Below are positions 19,008 through 29,546 of a stretch of 64,000 nt of DNA, one piece after another. Position numbers and translations under genes: made by a program. Within the stretch, counting starts at the first letter, position 1. Each line of letters opens with the position of its first letter. Source of the stretch: a virus (lineage: Duplodnaviria > Caudoviricetes); the IMG/VR virus record IMGVR_UViG_3300009168_000006, positions 1,015 to 65,014 of that record; one strand, 5' to 3'. Under the pieces are notes generated by a model, which made no database searches, had not been told where the DNA came from, and saw only the letters and a program-made list of their open reading frames with translations.

Positions 19008-22007
19008 ATGGCCCGCAGCCTCTTTCGGGACACCATTTGCCTGAGGGGGCCAGCGGGCCTGATCCCCCTGGCCGGTGCCCAGGTCTGGTTCTACGAGCCG
19101 AACGGCGCGGGCGTCCCCGGTCCGCCCATCGCCTACCCCCTCTACCCGGACGCCCACTCCACCGACCACCTCCCCGTCCCCTACGTGACGGGGGCGCTTG
19201 GCGAGTTGGAGGTGTGGGCCGATCTGCCCCACCGGACGCAGATCGTGGCCGTGAAGCCGGGCTACGCCCAGGTCAGCGAGACCATCGACCTGGAGTACCC
19301 GCCCGAACTGACGGCCACCACCGACGACATCGCCAGCGCCATCCTGGTACACGAGGCGAAGGACGACCCCCACGACCAGTACCTGACCCAGGACGAGGGT
19401 GACCTCCGCTACCTCTCGATCACCTACACGCCCGACCTCTCCAACTACTACACCAAGGCCGAGTCGGACACCGCCTTCCTCGACCAGAGCGAGGGCGACC
19501 TCCGCTACGAGCAACTCTCCCGGAAGGGGGCGGCCAACGGGTACGTCCCCCTCGACGCGGGGGCGCTGATCCCCAACGCCTACCTCCCGCCCCTGGCGAT
19601 CACGAACACCTTCGTGGTCGTCAGTCAGGCCGAGATGCTGGCCCTAGACGCCCAGGTCGGGGACGTGTGCGTCCGGCTGGACACCACCGAGAACTACATC
19701 CTCGCCGTCGAACCGGCCACCGTCCTGGGCAACTGGACGAAGCTGGCCGCCTCCACGGTGTCGGGCAACACCACGGTCGTCCGGCGCGAGGAGTTCGCCC
19801 CCGCGGCGGCGGCCACCACCGTGACCCTGGTTGCGGTGCCCACCACCATCCTGTCGTGCTCCCGCAACGGCGTGGAGCAGTCGGCCGCGGCCGGGCACTT
19901 CTCCGTCGCCGGGGTGACCCTCACCTTCACCGACGCCTTCGTGGCCGGGGAGCGGGTGAGCGTGGTCTACGAGGTGGGCAGCAGCGCCCCGGCCCCGATC
20001 AACGGCTACACCAAGGCCGAGTCGGACGCCCGCTACCTCCCCCTGATCGGGGGCACGATCACCGGGGACTTGATCCGGGACGGGGCCGACCTGACCGACC
20101 GCACCATCCAATTCCGCACGGCCGGGGCGCTCCGCTGGCGGCTGGGGATCATCGACACCCAGGCCGAGGGGATACCCGACACCGGGGGCGACTTCAAGCT
20201 TCAGTATTACTGGAGCGACGGCGCCCCCCACGACTTGCTCACCCTCGACCGCGACGTGGGCGGGGTGGAGTGGAACCTCGCCAACGGGGCGATGACGTAC
20301 CGCCCCGGGGGCGTGGGGACGAGCATCGCCCGGGTCTTCGTGGGGGCCAACCCGTACACCCGCTTCAACCTCAAGGCGGACGGCACGATGGAGTGGGGGA
20401 CGGGGACGGCCATCCCCGACGTGACCCTCTACCGCCAGGGCGGCCCCGCCGGGCTGGCCCTGACCGGCGACTTCCGCCCCAACACCACCAACACCTACGA
20501 CCTGGGCCTGTCGGCCGCCCGCTGGAAGAAGCTGTGGGCGACGGACGCCGACTTCACCAACGCCCCCACCGTGGGAGGCTCCCCGCTGCCCTACCTCCCC
20601 CTCGCCGGGGGCACGCTGACCGGGGCGCTCATCATGAGCGGGGCGGGCGTTGGGGTGAGCCACGCCGCGGGCAGCCCCGCCTTCGCCGCGGGCGTCACCG
20701 GGGACACCTTTACCCGCACCCAACTCAGCGCCGGGGGCGTCTTCTCGTTCGGGCCGGGGAACGCCGCCCTCGACACCACCCTCCAGCGGACGAGCGCGGG
20801 GGCGCTCAAGCTGGACAACTTCCTGGGGGTACGGGCGACACCGGGGGCGTGGCGCACCGATCTGGCCGCGATCCAGTACGGCACCACCGCGGCCGTCATG
20901 TGCGATACCGGCGGCGGGATCGCCAACTATCTGCTCTCCAACGTCATGTGGGGGGCCACCCGCAAGGCGATTGTGACCGGCACCGGGGCCATCCTCCAGT
21001 TCGACGGCACCAGCGGGATGCTCTTTCTGGCCGCGCCCTCGGTCGCCGCCGGGGCCGATCAGACCTTCACCACCCGCTTCACGCTCACCCCGGCGGGCAA
21101 CGTGGGGGTGGGAGTCACACCGGGGGCCTGGGGGTCGGCGTTCAAGGCCGTTCAGGTGGCCGGGGGCGCGGCCCTGTGGGGAAACGACGGCGCCTCTGGG
21201 ATGTGGCTCACGTCCAACTCCATCTTCAACGGCACCAACCGCGTCGCCTACCAGGGCGGCGTCGTCGGGATGGAGATGACCCTCGGCAGCAGCGGGATGA
21301 CCGTCTTGCAGTATCCGGCGGTAACTGTCGGGGCCACCCAAACACCGACCAGCCGGATGAACCTCGGCACCAACGGCGACTTCCTTATCTACCCGGACAG
21401 CGTTTCGCAGGGATTCAAGGCCGCGACGAACGGGGCGACGATGGGCTGCATCAACCCCTCCGCGGTGGGCAACCTGTTCATCCAGACCGGGATCGGCGGG
21501 GGGTACGCCGGGAGCGTCTACTTCAACGCGGCCGGGGGCATGGTCGCCTCGCAGGCCGATGGGGGGAACAACCTCGGCGGGGCGAGCAATCGGTGGGGGC
21601 AGATTTACTCCGTCGTCGCCACCATCAGTACCAGCCACGTCTCGCTCAAGCAGGACTTCGCCCCGCTCGATCCGGCGGCCTGCGTCCAAGCCGTGCTGGA
21701 CACCGACTGGCTGTCCTTTGAGTACAAGCCCAAGCCGTGGGTCGAGCCGGACATCCAGGCGGACGACCCGGAGCGGGACGCCAAAGTGGCCTCGTACCGT
21801 GACCTGTACGCGCAGGAGGTCATCGACTCGAAACCCGGCCGCCAGCAGAAGGGGTACGTCCTGGGGTCTGACGAGTACACGACCGCTGACCTGTTCGGGC
21901 AGGCCGACCGCTACAGCGCCAGCACCCACGCCGACCTGGCGGTGGTCGCCTGTGCGCTTCAAGAGGTGCTGCACCGTCTGGCGGTGGTCGAGGGGAAGGT
22001 GTCCTGA
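19008..22007 (+). CDS. tail fibre/spike 1 with C-terminal intramolecular chaperone-like (Peptidase_S74-like) domain
   Basis: YTKAESDARYLPL.GGT.TG repeats and beta-rich G/T segments; C-terminus NLGGASNRWGQIY...ISTSHVSLKQDF followed by a coiled-coil tail. Confidence 0.8.
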   Translation: MARSLFRDTICLRGPAGLIPLAGAQVWFYEPNGAGVPGPPIAYPLYPDAHSTDHLPVPYVTGALGELEVWADLPHRTQIVAVKPGYAQVSETIDLEYPPELTATTDDIASAILVHEAKDDPHDQYLTQDEGDLRYLSITYTPDLSNYYTKAESDTAFLDQSEGDLRYEQLSRKGAANGYVPLDAGALIPNAYLPPLAITNTFVVVSQAEMLALDAQVGDVCVRLDTTENYILAVEPATVLGNWTKLAASTVSGNTTVVRREEFAPAAAATTVTLVAVPTTILSCSRNGVEQSAAAGHFSVAGVTLTFTDAFVAGERVSVVYEVGSSAPAPINGYTKAESDARYLPLIGGTITGDLIRDGADLTDRTIQFRTAGALRWRLGIIDTQAEGIPDTGGDFKLQYYWSDGAPHDLLTLDRDVGGVEWNLANGAMTYRPGGVGTSIARVFVGANPYTRFNLKADGTMEWGTGTAIPDVTLYRQGGPAGLALTGDFRPNTTNTYDLGLSAARWKKLWATDADFTNAPTVGGSPLPYLPLAGGTLTGALIMSGAGVGVSHAAGSPAFAAGVTGDTFTRTQLSAGGVFSFGPGNAALDTTLQRTSAGALKLDNFLGVRATPGAWRTDLAAIQYGTTAAVMCDTGGGIANYLLSNVMWGATRKAIVTGTGAILQFDGTSGMLFLAAPSVAAGADQTFTTRFTLTPAGNVGVGVTPGAWGSAFKAVQVAGGAALWGNDGASGMWLTSNSIFNGTNRVAYQGGVVGMEMTLGSSGMTVLQYPAVTVGATQTPTSRMNLGTNGDFLIYPDSVSQGFKAATNGATMGCINPSAVGNLFIQTGIGGGYAGSVYFNAAGGMVASQADGGNNLGGASNRWGQIYSVVATISTSHVSLKQDFAPLDPAACVQAVLDTDWLSFEYKPKPWVEPDIQADDPERDAKVASYRDLYAQEVIDSKPGRQQKGYVLGSDEYTTADLFGQADRYSASTHADLAVVACALQEVLHRLAVVEGKVS

Positions 22008-23620
22008 TGGCTCGCCAGGTACTGACCTACCCCGACATCCCCCCGGTGCTGACCCAGGCGGTGGCGGACGGGCGCTACGAGCCGCTCGACAGCGCCTACA
22101 CCAAGGCCGAGAGCGATGCGAAGTATCTGACCCAGGCGCTGGGGGACGCCCGCTACTTGCAGCCCGCCACAGCCGCGGCCACCTACCTGCCGCTGACGGG
22201 GGGCACGCTGACCGGGGCGCTGCGGCTGAACGCGGGGATGAACTTCGCGGGGGACACCACGCTCACCCGGACTGGTGCGGGGTCACTGAACCTTGACCGG
22301 CTCCTGCGACTCTCCGGGGCGGGCGAGGGGAGCCTCGTCATCAACTCCCCGGCGGGGAACTGGACGACTCTGAAGTTCCAGAAGGACGCGGTGGACAAGT
22401 TCTGGTGGGGGTTAGCCCCCGACAGCTTGTCGTTCGTCATGTGGCGGGAACCGGGAACGAAGAACACGGCGCAGTGGGGGAGTAACGGCACCCTCACCCT
22501 GACCCCGGATGTGGGATCACGCGCCATCGACATGTCTGGTGACCTCTGGATCGGAAGCGCATCTCGGGCAGGGCAGTTCCTCCTCCGTGATTGGTCAAAC
22601 AACCTGCGTTGGGGGTTAGGGCAGATTGCGGCCAGCCCGAACAACGATTTCTACCTGTGGGATTTCCCGGCGAGTAAGGGGCGGCTCCACATCGGCACCA
22701 CCGGCACCCTCACCCTGGAGCCGGATGCGGGTGCCCCGGCGATTGAGTACGGGCGAACCGGCCAGGTCTGGCAGACCGACTACCGCAGCATCCAGTTGGG
22801 GATGGGCGGGTCGCTCTACGCCCACATGGGCTACCCCCAGGTGGGCATCGCGGCCAACATCTACTACCCGTCCGCCGGGGGCACCCGGTACGTCGCCAAC
22901 GGCTACGGGGCCACGCTCCTCGTCGGCCAGGACGGCTGCCTGTACTTCGACGTGGCCCCCAACGGGACGGCCGGGGCGACCGCCACCACCAGCCAGCGCA
23001 TGAAGGTGGATGGGGCCAGCCTCATCTGGAACCACGCCGGGGGGCCGTCGCTGATCTGCGGGGCCGGGGCGGCGAACCAGAACGTCCGGGTGGGGTCGGG
23101 TGCGGGCAACTCCCGCCTGGAAGCCTACGGCACCGGCCTCGTCCCCTTCGCGGACGGCTTCATGTTCCTGGGCGAAGGGGCCTACCGCTGGTCAACGGTG
23201 TACGCCACCTCGCCCACGATCAGCACCAGCCACGTCAGCCAGAAGCACGGTTTCGCCCGCCTTGATCCCACCGCCTGCGTCGAGGCGGTTCTGGAGACGG
23301 ACTGGCTCAGCTTCACCTACAACGACCCCGCCCCGCCCACCCCCATCCCGGCCCCCGAGGACGAGAGCGAGGAGGCCAAGGCGCAGCGGGAGCAGATGAA
23401 CGCCAATATGCAGGCGTCCTACGAGGCCACCGTGGAGGAGACGGCCGCGTCCCGCCAGCAGAAGGGCTACGTCCTGGGCAGCGAGGAGTACCACACCGCC
23501 GACCTGTTCGGGATGGCCGACCGCTACAGCGCCTCGACCCACGCCGACCTGGCCGTGGTCGCCTGCGCCCTCCAGCACTGCCTGCTGGAGATCGCGGAAC
23601 TGAAGGCGAGGCTGGTCTGA
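22007..23620 (+). CDS. tail fibre/spike 2, paralog
   Basis: Same N-terminal repeats, and a C-terminal domain close to that of fibre 1 (ISTSHVSQKHGF...ADRYSASTHADLAVVACALQ). Confidence 0.8.
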   Translation: MARQVLTYPDIPPVLTQAVADGRYEPLDSAYTKAESDAKYLTQALGDARYLQPATAAATYLPLTGGTLTGALRLNAGMNFAGDTTLTRTGAGSLNLDRLLRLSGAGEGSLVINSPAGNWTTLKFQKDAVDKFWWGLAPDSLSFVMWREPGTKNTAQWGSNGTLTLTPDVGSRAIDMSGDLWIGSASRAGQFLLRDWSNNLRWGLGQIAASPNNDFYLWDFPASKGRLHIGTTGTLTLEPDAGAPAIEYGRTGQVWQTDYRSIQLGMGGSLYAHMGYPQVGIAANIYYPSAGGTRYVANGYGATLLVGQDGCLYFDVAPNGTAGATATTSQRMKVDGASLIWNHAGGPSLICGAGAANQNVRVGSGAGNSRLEAYGTGLVPFADGFMFLGEGAYRWSTVYATSPTISTSHVSQKHGFARLDPTACVEAVLETDWLSFTYNDPAPPTPIPAPEDESEEAKAQREQMNANMQASYEATVEETAASRQQKGYVLGSEEYHTADLFGMADRYSASTHADLAVVACALQHCLLEIAELKARLV

Positions 23621-25098
23621 TGCCCCGCCAGATCGTCCCCGTCTCGGACGTGGCGGCCATCCTGCTCACCCAGGACGAGGGAGACCTCCGCTACCTGCCG
23701 ATCAGCTACACCCCGCCCCCTACCGACCTGTCCAACTATTGGACGAAGGCGCAGGCCGATGGGCGGTACGAACCCATCGACACGATGTACACGAAGGGGG
23801 AGTCGGACGCCCGGTACTACACCCAGGCGCAGTCGGACGCCCGCTTCCAGCCGGTGGGCAGCTACTCCCTCACCAGCCACAACCACGACGCCGCCTACGT
23901 GAATGCCACCGGGGACACCATGACCGGGGCGCTGATCCTCACCCCGACCAACCCGAACTACGCGCTCGACGTGACCGGGAACGTCATGATCAAAACCGGG
24001 TACGGCATCCACTTCGCTAACCCGGCGCAGACCCTCAGCCACGGTTGGGCGACCGACGCGAGCAACCTGTTCAAGCACCTCGTCAACGGCGCCGCGACCG
24101 GTACCTACCTCGCCACCGGGGGCGACCTCTACGTCAAGGGCGCCGTCAACATCGTGCCGGGGGCCGAGAACCTCTCCGGGGAGTGGCTCTACAACAACGG
24201 CGGCGCCCGCTCCGGGTTCTGCGGGCTGGAGGGGGACTACACCACCTGGCGGGTTTACGGGAACATCGGGACGCCGGGTAACCGCCTCTCCATCAACCTC
24301 AGCACCGGCTACGTCTTGATCCCCGGCGGGCTGGGCGTCAGCGGGGACATTACGACTACCGGCGCCTATGTGGGGAACGGCAGCGTGCTGACCCTCAACG
24401 CCACCGGCAACATCCAACTGAACCCTGCGGGCACCTACATCCACCCGCCCAGCAACAACACCATCAACCTGGGGCACCCCGGGCTGAACTGGGTCTACGT
24501 GTGGACGTACAACGTGAACAGCCCCGGGGGCGCCCAACTCGGGATCAACGGCGGGTTCCACCTGATCCTCACCGCGTCCAACGGGGGCTGGATTTACCAC
24601 CGCTCGACCGGGCACACCTTCTTCGACGGGAGCCAGGGCGCCGTCGTGGCCCCCGAGATCGACAACAAGCTGATCCTCGGGGGGACGGGCAACCGCTGGG
24701 TCTACGTGGCGGCCGTGCAGGGGTCGATCAACACCAGCGCCGCCATCTACAAGAAGAACTTCACCCCCCTCGATCCGGTGGCCTGCACCCAGGCCGTGCT
24801 GGAGACGGACTGGCTCAGCTTCGACTACCTCCCGCCGCCGCCCCCCGAGCCGGAGGAGGGGGAGACGCCGCAGGAGCGGATCGCCACGCTGGGCGAGTAC
24901 ACCAAGGCGCAGGAGAAGGACGCCTTCATCCGGCGCCAGAACGGCTACGTCCTGGGGCACCCCACCCACAAGACCCACAACCTCTTCGGGCTGGCCGACC
25001 GGGAGCACGCCAGCCCGTCCGCCGACCTCGGTATCCTGGCCTGCGCGCTACAGGCCGCGCTCAAGCGCATCGCCGCCCTCGAAGGAGTCACGCCATGA
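23620..25098 (+). CDS. tail fibre/spike 3, paralog
   Basis: LTQDEGDLRYL...YTKGESDARY N-terminus; C-terminus SINTSAAIYKKNFTPLDPVACTQAVLETDWLSF. Confidence 0.8.
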   Translation: MPRQIVPVSDVAAILLTQDEGDLRYLPISYTPPPTDLSNYWTKAQADGRYEPIDTMYTKGESDARYYTQAQSDARFQPVGSYSLTSHNHDAAYVNATGDTMTGALILTPTNPNYALDVTGNVMIKTGYGIHFANPAQTLSHGWATDASNLFKHLVNGAATGTYLATGGDLYVKGAVNIVPGAENLSGEWLYNNGGARSGFCGLEGDYTTWRVYGNIGTPGNRLSINLSTGYVLIPGGLGVSGDITTTGAYVGNGSVLTLNATGNIQLNPAGTYIHPPSNNTINLGHPGLNWVYVWTYNVNSPGGAQLGINGGFHLILTASNGGWIYHRSTGHTFFDGSQGAVVAPEIDNKLILGGTGNRWVYVAAVQGSINTSAAIYKKNFTPLDPVACTQAVLETDWLSFDYLPPPPPEPEEGETPQERIATLGEYTKAQEKDAFIRRQNGYVLGHPTHKTHNLFGLADREHASPSADLGILACALQAALKRIAALEGVTP

Positions 25099-25394
25099 CC
25101 GAACGGCCGCCGACCACGCACGACGAGGAGGCCGCGTCTAGCCAGCTAGACGCCCTCCAGCGGGAGCCGGAGAAGCTGGTCATCCCCGCGCAGGCGGTGA
25201 TGTGGCTGCTGATGAAGGCGTTCCAGTCTCCCGAGGGGGACGCCTGGATGCGGGGGTTCGTCACCGCCCATGGGGAACCGTCCTGGATCGTGAACAACCG
25301 GTGGGGGATCAGGGCGGGGGCGGCCGAGATCGTCCAGGCCGAGCGCCTCAACGGAACCCCCGGCATCCCCGGCACCAACGGGGTAGCGGGGTAG
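25095..25394 (+). CDS. hypothetical protein (99 aa)
   Basis: AAGGAG RBS and ATGA overlap; MTERPPTTHDEEAASSQLD... Confidence 0.65.
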   Translation: MTERPPTTHDEEAASSQLDALQREPEKLVIPAQAVMWLLMKAFQSPEGDAWMRGFVTAHGEPSWIVNNRWGIRAGAAEIVQAERLNGTPGIPGTNGVAG

Positions 25395-25398
25395 CGCC

Positions 25399-26370
25399 GT
25401 GCCGATCATCCTGACGCCGGTCGCACCCCCGCCGGTCGTCGGCCTCTCCTCGCTGGGCGCGAGCGTGGGGATGTACCGGCGGCGTATCGCGGAGGAGACG
25501 GGGAACTTCGTCGCCTCCGTGGTGGCGACCGCCTCGACCACCTTCCTCCAGGACCGGCGCTACCCGGTGCGGAGCAGCCTCGACCAGAGCGACCTCTACG
25601 CCGGGAAGTGGCTGCTGCGCCCCCGGGCGGCGAGTGAGGACGACCGGGTGCGCGTCGTCCAGGAGCGGGGCTACTCCCCCTCGACGGGAGAGTTGCGGCC
25701 GGACAGCCCGTGGGTCAACGTGCCGGTGACCGGCGAGCCGTACGAGTTGCACGGCGTGATCGAGCCGTGGGGGCAGATGCTCGACCTGATCAACGAGGCG
25801 CTCAAGCGGTGCATGCTCGTTGACCACCTGGTGCTGCCCCTCGCCCCGGACACCAACACCATCGACCTCACCCCCTACGCGCCGTGGCTCCTCGACCGGC
25901 GCTGGGTGCGGGGCGCCGCCTTCGTGGACCCCACCCAGTTCAACGACCCCTCCGAGGTGGACATGAGCCAGCCCACCTTCCGGGGATTCGTGGAGCAGCA
26001 CGGGCGGTCGATGCTGCTGCGCTGGCAGAACATCCCGTGGCAGGCCCAGCAAGTCTTGGTCGTCCGCTGCATCCGGCGCAGCTTCGACTACTGCCGGGAG
26101 AACGACCAGGGTGTATTCGGGGAACGCTCTGGTGTGGTGGCTGAGGACAACGAGAGTCTCGCTGCTGAGGATTGGGTGGCGGCCGCCGCGATGGTGGACT
26201 TTTGGAATGAGTTCGGGGACGTGGTGGCGGCGGGGAACCGGCAGGAGTCGGAGGCGAACCAGGGGAAGTGGGCGCAGGTCTTCACCAGCCTGACCCAGCA
26301 ATACTTCAGCCTGCCGCCGTACACCCTCCTGGCCCCGATCAAGGCGGGCTGGGGGGCGGGCTGGTACTGA
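25399..26370 (+). CDS. putative head-tail adaptor (tail tubular A-like)
   Basis: 323 aa; DLINEALKR helix; lies just before a large beta-rich gene. Confidence 0.55.
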   Translation: MPIILTPVAPPPVVGLSSLGASVGMYRRRIAEETGNFVASVVATASTTFLQDRRYPVRSSLDQSDLYAGKWLLRPRAASEDDRVRVVQERGYSPSTGELRPDSPWVNVPVTGEPYELHGVIEPWGQMLDLINEALKRCMLVDHLVLPLAPDTNTIDLTPYAPWLLDRRWVRGAAFVDPTQFNDPSEVDMSQPTFRGFVEQHGRSMLLRWQNIPWQAQQVLVVRCIRRSFDYCRENDQGVFGERSGVVAEDNESLAAEDWVAAAAMVDFWNEFGDVVAAGNRQESEANQGKWAQVFTSLTQQYFSLPPYTLLAPIKAGWGAGWY

Positions 26371-28550
26371 TGGCCACGAAGACGCTGGCCCCGGCGCACA
26401 GCCTGCTGGTCTACAAGCGGGGCCTCGCCCGGGTGCGGCCCTACCCCTTCCACGCCGTCATTGACGAGATGGGGGTCATCCTCGGGGCCACCTCCAAGAA
26501 GGGGGCGCCGGGCGTCCAGACCCAAAAGCCGGAGGACCAGGCCCAGGTCGCGCCCACCGACTTCGGGGAGAACGCCACCAACCCCGTCTTCGGGCGCACC
26601 CAGTCCTGGCGCACCTTCCACCTGGGGATGGGCCTCGCCGTCGAGGACGCCGACCCGACCAAGGCCGAGGGGCGCTACCGCTGGGCGGTGAACTACGACG
26701 CCTCCATCTCCTCGCGGATCGGGATGAAGGGGCCGGACATCCCCTTGATCACCCCGCCCGTGATCGACGACCACTGGGGCGTACCCAAGTTCTTCGACCT
26801 GAAGGGCAACCTCTACTGGATCAACGGGCGCTACCTGATGCGCCTGGACGACGACCAGAACGCCACGATGGTGGGCGATTTCGGGGCGAACCACGTCGGG
26901 GTGGACGTCAGCGTCTTCGCCAGCAACGGGCTGGGCGGGGCGATCTACGCCTACATCGCCGTGGTGGATACCACGGGACTGGTGGCTTCGCCGCCCCCGC
27001 TCGACCCGGAGGCCAAGCCGATCCCGCCCGGCCCGATCCCCATCTCCCCCTACGTGGACACCCTGCTGTGGCGTTTCGACGGCACCACCCTGGTGCAGAA
27101 CACCAGCCCGCTCCTGCTGGCCCGCAACGTGGTCGCCATCGGGCGCCAGTTCTACCGCGCGAACAACGTGAACCAGATCAGCGTGGTGGACGTGGACACC
27201 GACCCGTGGGTCTTCGACAACTGGGGTCCGGAGAACCAGTTCATCATCGGGGACAAGTCCAGCGCGATCATGGCCTTGATCGAGACGGCGACCGGGGTGC
27301 TGCTGGTGCTCAAGACGGACGGGGTCTACTCCGTCCCGGCCGACCCGACCCAAGCCGAGAGCATCCGCTACTTCCCCTTCCTCAAGTTCGGCCGGTCGTA
27401 CGACAACGGGGTGACCTGGGGCGTCTTCATGAACGACGTCTACGTCCGGTACGGGGAGAGCCTCTACCGGATCACCCCGGACATGACCATCCAGGAGGTG
27501 GGGCCGAACCGGGCGGGCACCATCGACGGCCCGGTGCGCGGGCGCACCACGGCGTTCGCCGGGCACGGCAACTTCCACGGCTACACGGGGATGTGGAACC
27601 CCGACTTCGACACCGCCTTCCTGATGAAGTACGGCGCCCACCAGACCAACGAGCGGGGGGAGCCGGAGCGGATCGAGGCGTGGCACGGCTCCATCTCGGT
27701 GCCGTTCCCTGACGACCGGATCACCCAGTTGTACGTGTCCGGCCACCGCGCCCCCCAGGCGCACAACCGGATGTACATCGGCTTCCGCTCCGGGAGGGTG
27801 GGTTTCTTCGTCCTCCCCTGCGTGCCCGACCCGGCGGGCTGCGACGAGTACCACTTCTCCTCGCCCGCCGAGGAGAGTTACCTGGTCATGCCCAACTGGC
27901 ACGGCGGGTTCCCCTCCAGCCCCAAGACCCTGCGCTACGCGGCCGTGGGCGGGGACAACCTGGCCACGGAGAACAACGTCACCCTGGACTACCGGCTCAA
28001 CCCGGTGGCCCCGGCCACGCTGGGCGACCCGTGGACGACGCTGGCCGGGCGCTTCGACACCACCCCCATCGAGCGCATCGACTTCCCGGACGGGACGCAG
28101 TGCCTGATGGCCGCGTTCCGGATCGTGCTGCACAACAGCGTGGTCGAGGACTCCCCGCTGGCGACCAGCTTCTCCCTGCGCTGGCGCCTGATCTCGGACT
28201 TCACCCAGGTCTACTCGATGATCATCCTGGCCGAGGACGGGCTGATCTGCCGGGACGGGACGCCCCTGCGCCGGGGGGCGCTGCGAATCCGGGAGCACGT
28301 CCGCGGCATCGTGGCGGACGGGCGCATCGTGCGCCTCATCCTGCCCGACGAGGACATCAAGCTGGTCTCCATCATCGGCTACGGGGAGGCCATCGGCTGG
28401 TACGAACGCCAGGAGCGGTGGGCCTCGGGGATCAAAATCCAGGTGGCCGAGGACAGTGCGGGCGGGGAGTACGGGAAGTACAAGCGCCTCAACGGGCGAA
28501 AGTACCGCGACCTGAACGGGCTGAAGTACCGGGAGTTGAACTCGCTATGA
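26370..28550 (+). CDS. putative tail nozzle (tail tubular B-like, beta-propeller)
   Basis: About 726 aa from ATG 26370 (TGATG coupling); beta-rich, e.g. FIIGDKSSAIMALI...LLVLKTDGVYSV. Confidence 0.6.
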   Translation: MATKTLAPAHSLLVYKRGLARVRPYPFHAVIDEMGVILGATSKKGAPGVQTQKPEDQAQVAPTDFGENATNPVFGRTQSWRTFHLGMGLAVEDADPTKAEGRYRWAVNYDASISSRIGMKGPDIPLITPPVIDDHWGVPKFFDLKGNLYWINGRYLMRLDDDQNATMVGDFGANHVGVDVSVFASNGLGGAIYAYIAVVDTTGLVASPPPLDPEAKPIPPGPIPISPYVDTLLWRFDGTTLVQNTSPLLLARNVVAIGRQFYRANNVNQISVVDVDTDPWVFDNWGPENQFIIGDKSSAIMALIETATGVLLVLKTDGVYSVPADPTQAESIRYFPFLKFGRSYDNGVTWGVFMNDVYVRYGESLYRITPDMTIQEVGPNRAGTIDGPVRGRTTAFAGHGNFHGYTGMWNPDFDTAFLMKYGAHQTNERGEPERIEAWHGSISVPFPDDRITQLYVSGHRAPQAHNRMYIGFRSGRVGFFVLPCVPDPAGCDEYHFSSPAEESYLVMPNWHGGFPSSPKTLRYAAVGGDNLATENNVTLDYRLNPVAPATLGDPWTTLAGRFDTTPIERIDFPDGTQCLMAAFRIVLHNSVVEDSPLATSFSLRWRLISDFTQVYSMIILAEDGLICRDGTPLRRGALRIREHVRGIVADGRIVRLILPDEDIKLVSIIGYGEAIGWYERQERWASGIKIQVAEDSAGGEYGKYKRLNGRKYRDLNGLKYRELNSL

Positions 28551-29509
28551 CGACCCCCCTGCCGCCGTACCCCGGACCCACCAAGGAACTCTCCGTCAAC
28601 TACACGGCGAACGGGCAGCCCTTCGCCATCGGGGACGAGGGCGAGGACGACCTGGACGAGCGCGACCTGTACCGCCTCTCCCGCGCCACCGAGGACCACA
28701 ACCACGGCGTCGGGCGGGGCCTGCCGGTGAACCGCATCGGCACGACCACCACCCCCCAGGCGGCGGGCGACATCGGGGTGGAGGGGGACGACTTCACCTG
28801 GTGGGGCGACGTCAGCAACCAGGCGCTGGCCGCCGTCAACACCTCGACCGACCAGACGGTCAACGGGATCAAGCGGATCAACGCCCCGGTGCTGATCCCC
28901 CGCCAGGTCAGCACCCCGCCCGCCCCGGGCAGCGGGCTGGCCTACGTCTACCTCGGCCCGGGCGACCGGCTCTACCTGCGCGCGGGGACGAACCAGCCCA
29001 CCCCCGTGGGCACGCCCACCCTCCTGGGCGCCGCCCTCGCCTGGCAGAACAACGACCCCCCGGCCGGGTACACCCCCAGCCAGTTGACCCAGGTGCTCAC
29101 CACCAGTGGGCCGCTGTGGGTGCAGGCGTTCCGCGCCGCCAACCTGGACGCCTGCACGCTGGCCACCGTCGCCCCGCCCGCCTACGGGGGCACCCCGATC
29201 ACGGTCGTCGCGGACTGGCTGGCCATGATCGACACCCCCGGCAAGATCAACTTCACCCTGCTCTGCACCGTGGTCACCCCGGGGGGCGGGATCGGCTCGA
29301 CGGCCCCCACGGCGCGCGCCTCGGTGACGGTGGACTTCCCGGGGCCGGGGGCCTACACCCGCACCACGCTGAACTGGGTCGCGGGGATGCCCCAGCCGGG
29401 CGACCTCCTCCAGTTCACGTTCGCCCGCAACAAGGACACCGAGACGGCCGCCGGGACACCCTACCCGAACACGGTCAGCGTCATCAGCATCGACCTCACC
29501 TACGGCTGA
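28547..29509 (+). CDS. minor tail/virion protein
   Basis: ATGA overlap; EDHNHGVGRG and DQTVNGIK fibre-like motifs. Confidence 0.65.
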   Translation: MTTPLPPYPGPTKELSVNYTANGQPFAIGDEGEDDLDERDLYRLSRATEDHNHGVGRGLPVNRIGTTTTPQAAGDIGVEGDDFTWWGDVSNQALAAVNTSTDQTVNGIKRINAPVLIPRQVSTPPAPGSGLAYVYLGPGDRLYLRAGTNQPTPVGTPTLLGAALAWQNNDPPAGYTPSQLTQVLTTSGPLWVQAFRAANLDACTLATVAPPAYGGTPITVVADWLAMIDTPGKINFTLLCTVVTPGGGIGSTAPTARASVTVDFPGPGAYTRTTLNWVAGMPQPGDLLQFTFARNKDTETAAGTPYPNTVSVISIDLTYG

Positions 29510-29546
29510 GCCGTCTAGTCAGGTAGACAGGTAGACAGGACGCCAC

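Noticed and set aside
19008-25098. Diversity-generating retroelement or invertase-based fibre switching
   Set aside because: No reverse transcriptase or recombinase gene; the repeats are coding, in direct orientation, and differences are not confined to adenines.
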